Assembly: GCA_965637545.1 (NCBI GenBank)
Contig: OZ281500.1
Location: 21,142,001 to 21,206,000 of the forward strand
Direction: 5' to 3'
Source of the DNA: Phallusia mammillata
Lineage: Eukaryota
DNA length: 64,000 bases
A program made the position numbers and the translations under genes. Position 1 is the stretch's first letter, and every line of letters starts with the position of its first letter. Positions 42,190 through 52,629 of this stretch are shown piece after piece. Below the pieces are notes generated by a model. That model did no database searches and was not told the DNA's origin. It saw only the letters and a list, made by a program, of their open reading frames with translations.

Positions 42190-42982
42190 AGGGATGTCAA
42201 ACTCATGGGGCTTCGAGGGCCACATTGCAGTTGGAAATTATGCCAAGGGCCGCATGCGATTTTTAATCTAGTTTTACAAACTTTAACCAGGGAAGCACAA
42301 CCTTTTCGCCACGACGGCCGCATTGCAGATCCTTATTTCACCTTGTTTTAAAATTACAGATGTAAAGAAATAGTTTTATATCATATGTATACCATTTATT
42401 GACGCCCCAAAAGCCCAGACTAATTTCCAACTTGATGCACAGATTGAGCTGCACCATGTGAAGATCAGTCTTAACTGATTATGACGTCATAATCTATATT
42501 ATGATGCTTGTGGTACCTGTTTTTTCGCATTGTTTGTACACAAACAATACTCTTTTCAGTCACACAAAATCTGTTTAGAGCAGTTTGAAAGTCGAAATAT
42601 TTGGCAAATGAGTTTTATTTACGTCACGGCCGCCAGTACATATAATGTATTTTAATAAACATGTTCACGGCCGCACAAACTCGTCTCTGTGGCCGCATGA
42701 GTCCGTACGGCCGCAAGTTGTGCACCCCTGACTAAAACTTAACGCTTTTTTTAGTTAGAGGAACGGTTTTACTATTGTTTTTATTCATATTAATTTTTAT
42801 TTCTTTATTAAAGTTCTGTAAATGTCTGTTTAATGAATAGCTTCAACTTTGAATAGTTAAAAAATTATTATATTTGCATAAAAATCTGATGAAATACTAC
42901 AATTTTTGTTGATTGTTTGAGGGCCGCATTAGAGGGCTTGGTGGGCCGCATGCGGCCCGCGGGCGGACGTTTGACACCCCTG
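42190..42982. mobile_element. hAT MITE (outer), containing a nested MITE
   Basis: Left end gggatgtcaaact (degenerate), right end gtttgacacccctg, GGCCCGC subterminal motifs, and flanks tcttaagg/ccttaagc. Confidence 0.7.
42288..42730. mobile_element. hAT MITE nested in the previous element
   Basis: cagggaagcacaacctt ... aagttgtgcacccctg, with flanks actttaac/actaaaac (6/8 match). Confidence 0.7.
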
Positions 42983-43160
42983 CCTTAAGCCATAGATGGT
43001 AAGTAAGTTGCAGGCATTGAATTTTCATTGTTGACGCAAATCTACTGTATATTTTTTATGCCATGTGTACATAATTACTTGATATAGTAATCTACCCCTG
43101 CAAGTGTATTTTTGCTAAAATTTGACCCCCCCCCTGGAAAAATTTCTGCCGGCGCCCATG

Positions 43161-43228
43161 AATACGGCCCATCTCTTGTCCACAACTGCAATGATGAGGC
43201 CTTATAGATCGAAACAGTGTGCACTGTG
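43161..43228 (+). ncRNA. Degenerate hammerhead (family A repeat)
   Basis: CAACUGCA-AUGAUGA-GGCC-UUAUA-GAUC-GAA-ACAGUG-UG-CACUGU-G. The core has C3>A and the cleavage triplet is GUG; the upstream flank resembles that of the 9611 copy. Confidence 0.6.
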
Positions 43229-44067
43229 ATTGGTTATAATGCTTTTGGATTGAATTCTTCTTTTCCTACCATAAAGCTAACTTGTTTTCCAAACTGTTTT
43301 CCACATACTTTCGAAAAAGTGTTCGGCACTGATTTATTACTGTGATGACCGATAAATTACAGTTATACATTAGATATACAAGCACTTCTCCGGTAAACAG
43401 AGTTTAAACAACATAGTGTCATTCTAAAAATAACACATTTGAACTAGTTTCTAATGAATAACTAATACAACGATTCAACATGAAAAACACTCCAAGGAAC
43501 ACATTGGCAAAACACACACAAAAAAGCTAGAAAAATGTTTAAAACATAAGGATATGAAAGATTATAAACTACTTGAAACTTGTACATAAAAACATGATGT
43601 TATTAAGTGAATAATCAGTGTATGAGTTGCAATGATATGGCTCATAGAAAATGTATATTACTTTGTTTGTGTTTCATGAAATCGTCTCAAACTACAACTG
43701 GTTACTGAAAAATAGAGTAAAAAAATGTACAATACAGGAACAGATAAGCCCTACAATAATTGTAGAAAAAAGTAACAATATTTTAGTTCTATTTACAATA
43801 TTTATGGACAGCACAGTAACAAAAAGTTAAACAAGTGTCATTAAAAATGTAAAAGTGAAAAGCTGAACCGATGTTTTGTGCTCTTTTCCAATTGCCAGCG
43901 AGTTAGTACAATCCCAAGACGGTGGATTTCTAAAAAAAACACTTTTTTAGTATATTGTAAATTATAGGTTGTTGTAACGTTTAGGATTTTTGTACAACAG
44001 TTTAAATATTGGTTAAAGTGTGCATGCTTAATATGACTGCAGATATTGAGTGAAAATTTATACTCAC

Positions 44068-47000
44068 AGGAAGTCTCTGTCTTTTCTCTTCATCAAGTAA
44101 TTCTCGTTTACCAGCCTCTGTGAAGTCACAGTCTCTCAACCAAAACTCTTTAGCTTTGTCTAAGCATGCATGAAGAAATCTGGCACCATCATCTTCAAGT
44201 TTGTTGTAACTTAAATTCAGAATTTCCATCTGTGCAACACAGTTATAATTTTAACATCATTTTGATATTAAGTATACTGAGATGGCCAAGCTTTTCTTGT
44301 CCATACAACCTGGCTGTTTAACAGTTCTTTTAGCAACATTTACGTTTTATGCTGGGGGTGGCCAATTCAAAGATGAGTTTTGCTTTTTGTTTTTAACAAC
44401 AGTAAAAAATATTTTTTACAAGCTGACAGTTAAATCCAGCATTTAGTTAGAAAGGTAATATTTAGGGCAGAAAAAAGGGAATTTAACTAAAATTTTGGTT
44501 TTATTTCACCAGGAAATTGAAAAATACTATTTTTGAAACATCCTGAGCTATTACTTACTTGGTGATTGTGGTCCATTCTTCGAAGACCTTTGCAAAACCC
44601 ATGTGCCCCTTGTTTCTCAATTCCACAATGACTGAGGTGGAATACCTTGAGCTTGTCCAATGAGGGGGCTAAATGTTTGACACCATCATCTCCAATGTTG
44701 TTTTTGCAAAGTTCAAGGCTTACCTGTTTCTGCTCAAAACAAAATGTAATTGTGACAATTGCACAATGTGAAGAATCCAGTAGTTGTACTGGTCATTTTA
44801 AAAGTCATCTGGAATTAAAAGTTTGTCTGAATTTCTTTTATTATAAATGTATATTTTTATTTATATATTGCAATGCCCAATCCAGTATACACAAGTTGGA
44901 CCACAAAAAAAAGAAAAAAAAAATTGAATTTATCTTACTGGAGGTTTAATTTTTTGCAATCCATTGCTTAAATGCACCATTCCTGGTGCAGTAATGCCAC
45001 AGTTTTTCACTTTTAAGCGTTCCATGCTGCTTATACCCAGAAAAATAGACGCAAACTCCATGCCTTCGTTTCCAAAAGGGTTGTCACTTAGATCAAGAAG
45101 CTTCAACTAATAACATTTGTACAAGATAGTTATCCAGTATTTGTGTGATGGACTTAGACTAAAGCCTTTCCTACAATACTATGAGTTAGTAGATGTATGT
45201 GTGGTAAGTTAGCGGAACAAATAATACATAAGACATACTGGAAAAATATCTAACACTCTGAAAACAATTTTTAGGACCAAACAACAAGCCTGCTTTTGGT
45301 AAATTCTGCCATAGTTAAACACTGCCGTATTTTACGGACCATAAGGCACAATTTAAATCATTTTTTTTCTCATAAATTGATCGTGCGCCTAATGTATGGA
45401 TCAAGTAGTGCTTTATTGCCTACACTCCAAACCAGTATCGATACTATTATTATATAAATATACCACTATATTTAAGAAAAGTTACGAAAACAAATTCAGA
45501 GCTTTCCGTTATTCCGGGTGGGTTAACCAAAGAACTTCAGCCGCTAGATATTGGTATCAACAGATCATTTAAGGCTAAACTGCGAGTTGCGTGGGAGCAT
45601 AGAATGATAGACGGTGAACACATGTTTACTAAGACAGGGAGACAACGACTCCAGGTTTGGTAAAACCAAAACCATATTGAAAGAGTGGGTTTCTATATGC
45701 CATTCTTTACACAGTAATTGTACTTGTTGGAAACAGGCAACTCAAAATGAGTTTGCCAATGAAATTCTTTTCAAACTGGTGCCTGTTCAAATTATCCACT
45801 CTTTTATTATCCGATGCTCGAATACCCTTTACAACATTACAGTAGTTAAAGATTAACCTGCTTTCACATGTGTAACACATTGCTTCTGGCCAGCAATATA
45901 ACTTGTCCTGTTTATTTTGTGTGTAAGCAGAACATTGGACATTTAAACACATATAAAAGTTAGGTACATCACAAATCACAATAAAATGCAAACAACCAAT
46001 AAAAGCAACTTTCCAATGTTACTTATGTTGTTTCCCTTAAACGTTGATAAACTACATATTTACAGAACCTTAAATTAGAGCTTTTGTAACATAATCTTAC
46101 TTTGATTTTTGCTCCAAACTTTTGTTATTTTCGGGTTACAAATTTATGGTGTCCCTAACTTATTCAACAATTACATAAAAACTGCATCACACAGTAATTA
46201 CGATTGATTTACCTGAAGACTGCATGGTTGATGTGCTGCAATGAGGAATTTGACTTGTTGCTGGTGTAATGAAATCTAGAAAAAAATATATTTTGATGGA
46301 AATGAAGTGTTGTGTATTGGCCCTGAAACTGCTGGGTGATGTACTTTAGCAAGTATAGCCAATTTAACCCAAAAAATTTAAGCATGTTTTTACCAACAGA
46401 TGGAAGAGCGTTGAATAAAAAAATTGTCACAGGCAGTGCACACCGTTACAACAATTCGGTTGAACTTTAAGTTTGGTTAGTGTATTTTGTAAAAATCAGC
46501 GAAAATTGGATTGTAAAATTGTAAATAAATACTGACCTCCGTCATTACTGTTTGAAAGCAACAATCCACAGAGAAATCGTCGAACCATTGACCAATGATC
46601 TTCTTGAACAACAGTTGGAACTATTTGAGAAAATTCCTCATGTGGCAAAAACTTGCTAATGTAAGTAGCAGCAAAAATATCCTGAAATGGCTGATGTGTA
46701 AAGCGGAAGACTGAATCACCTTCAAACAGTTTCCGAGTTGGAAAAAAGACGTTTCCAATGGCTTTTACAAGAAAATCCTGGACATGTACATCCTTGAGTC
46801 CTTCCTTTGCTAAATCAGCAGCAGTAAATACTGCTGATTCTGAAACCATACCATCATATGCCACCTTTCCAAGTGGTCGTACCAGGTCTTTAAGATCATA
46901 ACCTTTGGTATGGTCAGAGTACTTAAGCCCATCTAATACCGCTTGGAAGGCTTGGGTTAGTGATATAAGCTTGTCCATGCCCCCGAATAATCCAGCATAG

Positions 47001-48371
47001 ATAATCAATTGCAAGTAAAGTGGATTGTGACAAAAGTCAAGTAGTTGTGGTGAGTTTAATGTCAATGTTTTCCATAGTTCTTCAAATTTTTCCCCTGCAA
47101 GTAATTGCAACAAGTTCTTTATATTTTCTGTGGATAATGGGCGAATATCAACCTTGCTCTCAGGTTGAAGCTCTGATGGTAGTGAAAGAATTGAATGAGG
47201 ACGAGTTGTGAAAATAATCATAGCTTTGCTCAAAAACTTTTTGCAACATAGATTTGCTACGAGCTGCTGAACTGATAAGGGAGTGTCGTAGGAAGCATCA
47301 AGGGGTTTTTCTTTATTTAGTGACCAGTCTGCTTGATCATAACCATCAAAGACAATCACACATTTACCCTGATTTTTAGTCATCCATTCAAAAGCATCAT
47401 CTCTAATTTCTTTGTCGACATCTTTGAATGGAAAGTCTATCAGCAACTGTCTTAGCGTAAGCTGAAATTTGTAGCCCAAATCTGTACATCGCATGAAAAG
47501 CATGAAGTATTTGCCAGACATGACCAACCTTTTGGACATTGTGGTTTTGCCACAACCAGGAGGGCCAATCAATGCCAAAAACTTCATCTTCTTAACATCA
47601 GTCAATAGTTTGTCAAAATCAAATATACATTGTTTATATCTATCCATTAATGGTGGATGGATAATGGGAACTGATGTTTGGTTGATATCAAAACCACGAA
47701 AAACTAACTCATCATTAAGTTTATCCAACTGATGCTTTTTTACTTCATCTGCTGCTTTTTGAAGTCTCACATCTATAACACAATCACTGGTCTTAAATCA
47801 TTTCTTATTGCTACAGCTACACTTTTTTTATTTCTTATATCAACTTTTTGTGTCACCTAATGATAATATTTGTCATATTTATACTACAGAGTTAATTAAA
47901 GAAAAAAACAACTAAACGAAAAAAAAAGAAAACACACCTTTAGATTGTTGGTCACCCAATCCTGGCTGCTGTGCATGAACATGATGTGATTCACCAACAA
48001 ACACATTCTGCGATAAAATCAATTTTGGGAAAAAGGATAAAACTAAAAAAGTCATTAAGACCAATAAAGTTATAGACAGACCTTTTTTAGATAATATAAC
48101 TTAACATTTTAAAATTGAGTGGTCACACTACAATTAATTACAAGATTAAAAAAACTAATGTGCTATTCTTTACACCCCAACATCTATCCTTTTTCTTGTG
48201 GTTGTAGCCAATTTTTAAAAACAGTTTGTTTTTTGCAACCAACAGAAAAAAATACCTGGTTGTAACCAAAAGTTTTATGTTAGAAGTTTTTATGTTGCAA
48301 CCAACAGAAATTTACAAAGTTACCTGGCCTACTATGTTGATTTGTGATGTTTCTTGATTTTCATCTGACAT
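44068..48371 (-). CDS. NACHT-LRR (NLR-like) protein with a short N-terminal motif; the middle and last exons are not fully resolved
   Basis: Exons 48371..48324 (MSDENQETSQINIVGQ), 48007..47938, 47772..46537 (Walker A GPPGCGKT, Walker B VIVFDGYDQ, sensor-1 IFTTRP, GHx-like CHNPLYL, WH FTHQPFQDIFAA, WSMVRRFLCGLL) and 46275..46213. Ribonuclease-inhibitor-type LRR exons follow at 45106..44939, 44729..44559 and 44229..44068 (LDLSDNPFGNEG; LCKNNIGDDGV; LNLSYNKLEDDGA). Confidence 0.85.
45325..45650 (+). mobile_element. pogo/Tigger-like DNA transposon fragment inside the NLR gene
   Basis: Terminus ccgtattttacggaccataaggcac. Bases 45499-45648 translate to ELSVIPGGLTKELQPLDIGINRSFKAKLRVAWEHRMIDGEHMFTKTGRQR, the QPLD-containing DDE segment of pogo transposases. 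Confidence 0.85.
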
Positions 48372-48777
48372 GACTTGAAAAAAGTAGCAAAATAGAAATA
48401 AAAACTGTGTCTTGCGAGACTTATGAAACAGAGTTTAAAATGTCAGAGATGGGCAAACAAATCTGTGCACATGAAACTTCTGTTAATCATCTACTTCTAC
48501 AGTACACTATTCCGACGCAATCCCGGCAAACCGCACACCCAGACGACACACAAAACGTAACATATGTTTTGTCCTATAACAAGTAAAAGCTCACGCCTGT
48601 ATTAAGTCGAGCACAAAGAATTTACAATTGTAAAAAATGTTTTTTTCGGGACATACCCAAACATAACTACGGACAATCTATTCAGCGAGACGTGGGAAAG
48701 TGCATTTAGCTCATAAATTTATGTGATTTTATCTTTTTTGAAAAGTCTGTTTTTGATCGCTTGGTATAGAAAGTGTT

Positions 48778-49477
48778 TAACAAAAATGTCGTTCAACTGG
48801 TGTTAATGTTAAACAAAAATACTAGTTGTTTATATCCATAACTTGTATTTTCGCTGACGTTTCGTCCACCAGAACGGTAGGACTTCTTCAGAGCAATGAA
48901 TGACGAATGCAAGCAACAAGCGGAAGGCGCAAGAACAGCGTGATACCATGAAAAATAATTATATTATAACAAAGGCCATCCGAAAAGAGTAGCGTCCGTT
49001 GCAAAACGATGAAGGGGCACTAATGTCCGAAATTTGATGGATTGGTCGGGCGTCTTGGGTGGATTCCTTTTCAAACCGTTGGTACATCGAGCTGTCCCCT
49101 AGGAGCGATTGAGCCCAAGTTCGTAATGTAGTCTATCCAAATCTGATGTGGCCATATTCTTTTTTGATGGTACCGATATCGACTGCCTTGACATACCTTC
49201 TGACCGCTGATAGACTCGCTTCATTATAATCTCTTCTGATAATAGAAAATGCTGTACAGGCGTTTTCGTCCACCAGGTTGCATATTTAACAAAAATGTCA
49301 TTCAACTGGTGTTAATGTTAAACAAAAATATCCTACCGTTCTGGTGGACAAAACGTCAGCGAAAATACAAGTTATGGATAGAAACAACTAGTATTTTTGT
49401 TTAACATTAACACCAGTTGAACGACATTTTTGTTAAATATGCAACCTGGTGGACGAAAACGCCTGTACAGCATTTTC
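48778..49477 (-). mobile_element. 700-bp Penelope-like non-autonomous insertion with internally inverted terminal segments
   Basis: Direct 13-bp flanks tatagaaagtgtt at 48765-48777 and 49478-49490. About 49331-49437 is the reverse complement of 48775-48882, and about 49392-49480 is the reverse complement of 49246-49330. It carries a minimal hammerhead. Confidence 0.75.
48851..48896 (-). ncRNA. Minimal type I hammerhead ribozyme (Penelope-type, dimer-dependent)
   Basis: UUGCU-CUGAAGA-A-GUCC-U-ACC-GUUCU-GGU-GGAC-GAA-ACGU-C^AGCGA. The core is intact, stem I has 5 bp, stem II has 4+3 bp, and stem III is only the palindrome ACGU. Confidence 0.8.
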
Positions 49478-52400
49478 TATAGAAAGTGTTGTTCGCCATT
49501 TTTTTACGGCAAGTTTTACTTTCGTTGAATTAAGATTTAGTGTAGAATTAATGTTTTCGTTTGATTTTTCCAAGATTTTGCATTCATGTATTAACTTCTT
49601 GTGCTTTCTACCGCGACCGCGTCAAAGCTGCATCACAAAATAGGGTAATCACCTAACTGAAAATCATCTAAAAAAACTCGTTCATGGAAATACCACACAA
49701 AAATATTACTTTTGCTGATTTTCACAAGCAAATACAAAATATTAGCAATAGCCTTTGTTCGCAACGTAGATTAATGCTTTATTATGGAGATAATTTTGTT
49801 TCGTTTGGAACTGCAAAATTGGCAAGATTGAAGAAATTGTTTTTCACTTGGTGCGCTTTAGGACTTTTTTTAAAGTCGACTTTATTATATGCGCCTCTTT
49901 GCAAAAAATTAACGTTTTGTTTGAGTTGTTGCTCACAAAACATTATCAAATTAAAACAAAGCTTTAATGTTTTTAAAAATGCAAAAATACATTTTTACGG
50001 TACGAGATTAATCAAGCGTAGCACTTTATGTTTAAAAATGTAAAACTTATGTTTTTGTGCTGAATTGCGGTATTGCACACCTTTTTCAAAGTATTCACTG
50101 TGCATCGAAATTTATGTTTGTAATTAAATTTTGTTTTTTTGTTGCCTTCCACGTCACCGACTTTAATACTTGCTTTTCGTTATTTTTTATACAAGGATTA
50201 GTTAACTCTACGATATGTTTTTAGGCCAATACAGTTACAGTTACCCATTATTGTTGCTTAGTGGTAACAAAAAAACTTAAACAAATACAGGCTGAAAATA
50301 CATTGTAAAGAAGAACAACTTTCTTATCACTCAGGCTGGCACACGTGTTTGACTTCATGACCTTTATATGGCCCCTATGTCGTCCATTCTTTGCATTTGC
50401 ATGTCATAATCGTATGCGAAACTGCACATAAATACCATGATGATGGATATGGTGTTTGTTGAAGATGCATGCATTGTGTTTTGATATAAACAAACACAAA
50501 TGTGTGCAAATATTTTCTAAAGTTTGTGTTAGTGTTGATTAAAGTAGGGTGGTAGACCAGAGACTTTAAAAACATGGGGATGTGTACTTACAGTTGAAAA
50601 TGATTATGAACGCAACTACTCACCTCTATATGTAGGAAATGCATAGTTCAACCTCTGGAACAACTGTCATTGAAACCTTCTTTGGGGATAACTTTTTGAT
50701 AGCAACTCCCTCTGGTTTAGGAAGTGGACATAGATTTTGACCACATATACAGGAAGGCTGTTTTTGAATCTCTGTGACTAAACCAGGAATTTTGAATGTT
50801 TTTTTAAAATTGGGATCCGCTGTGTTTTTGTCTACCTCATGCTATGCTATTATTGGTAAGGTTTAAAACTTTGGTTTTCTATTTTGCTTTGAAGTGTTGT
50901 AGATCTATTCGAGATTGGAAATGGGCTGAAAATTCCAATGCCTTGCACCAAAATTCCCTGAAATGGATATCCCTGGTTTGCCAGGTGAATTTCCTAAGGA
51001 CTGACTGCAGCAATTCATTAAAGGTGCCATATTTATTATTGTTTTGCCACAGTGTTTTTATGTTGTGGGAGGAACGAGGTAATTCTTTTTGAGGGCATTA
51101 ATGTAGAGTAATAGAGTTATTTCTAACGGCTATTTAAATTATATTATTTTTTTTCGTACACTGCTTTTATGTCATTGCAGGGTGACAATGTGTCTTTTGA
51201 ATACAAATACGGAATCGTGGCCTCTTGATGTGCCCATTTTGATATTATGACCATCACTTGTGTTACAATAGATGTGTTGTTTCTGTTTTTGGATTTTAGA
51301 CACTGTCAGTTGTGTTCTTGTCAATTTTATTGGATATCTTGTCGCTCAAGTAAGTTTTAATCATTTACAAATATATAGAGTTTAGTATTTGACTGTACTT
51401 ATTTTATCAGTACTTATTCTTTGTTTGGATAGGTTCTCCAAAAATATTGTTACACAAACTTTGTTCCTCCATGGTTGTAACTGTTTTTCCCCAAAAGTGT
51501 TAAATATTTTAAAATTTATTATATTTTTACAATTTTATAATAAAATTTAATGGTATGTTTGTGTTATTTCAACTAAGATAGTTTTAGTATTTAGAAGTGA
51601 AGTTTAGACCTCCATATAAAAGAACTGAATTTTTTCAGGGATATTTAGAAACTGTTTTATCCTTGCTTACAGTGTCATGGTGCAGTCTCTCAGCATCAAA
51701 ACTATTTGTGTATTAATTCACTCCGAACTCCAAACAACTACCTATTACACACCATGGGGTATTTTTGACATATCAATTTGCTAGGATTGTAAGTTGAATC
51801 CAGTTAATCGCATAACCAATTTGTTTACGGTTAACTGGATTAAACAATAAGATGATGGCCGTATGTTCTTAAGCAGATAAGCAATTATATGGTATGATGC
51901 TCAAAAACCACCAGCCAAGAGAATGCATGTCTATGCTTATATTTTTGAGCATCAGCAACTGCCACACATATACTTTAAATGTAAAGTCTCATAATTTGAA
52001 AGATTGTTGAGAAACGTTTTTATGTTATCTGTCCTCAAAGCTGTACAGTGTACAGGACGAATATGATCTTATTTGTTACCAAAACAGGATAACCCATCAT
52101 TTTACACTTGCGGATTAATTTCTTGAATATTCTTGTGTGTCGCTAAAACAAGCAATTCTGTCAGTAAGCGCAACTTGAAAAAACGGATCGTTATCTATTA
52201 TTGCACGTTTCCCTCTTATAACGTATTGATGCGTTTAATACTGTTTTTTTCTCAAAATGCGTACGCAAACTTCGAATGGAATGTTTAATGATTGTTGCTT
52301 ATTTATCTGGCACAGCCAATTAATTAAGGTTAATGTCATGCCGCAACGCCTCAAAACCAAACGGAGATTTGTACCATACCGTCGAGTTCCTCAAAAGCTA

Positions 52401-52520
52401 CTTGCTTTGAGCGGTCACCCTTGACAGTTTTTCAGGTTTAAAAAAAATCCCATTTACGACACGACCCCATGTGTTTGTGCGACACTCCTGGCAGAACGTA
52501 AAAGTCGAAACGAGTCACAT

Positions 52521-52629
52521 CTATAAATACCCAGCCAATCGGAACGCACCGAAGTTGTTGATCACATTTCTTTTGTTGTGGGTATCGCTTCAGCAATCCA
52601 AATAAGGTGTCCAGCCCAGCCAAATAAGG
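52521..52629 (-). promoter_or_regulatory. Putative promoter: two identical CArG boxes, a CCAAT box and a TATA-like element
   Basis: CCAAATAAGG at 52598-52607 and 52620-52629 (22-bp period), CCAAT at 52535-52539 and TATAAATA at 52522-52529. The order fits leftward transcription. Confidence 0.45.

Noticed and set aside
50330-51110. Coding-looking segments with splice-like signals on both strands
   Set aside because: All frames are interrupted by stops and I could not identify a family; they may be UTR exons or an old pseudogene.
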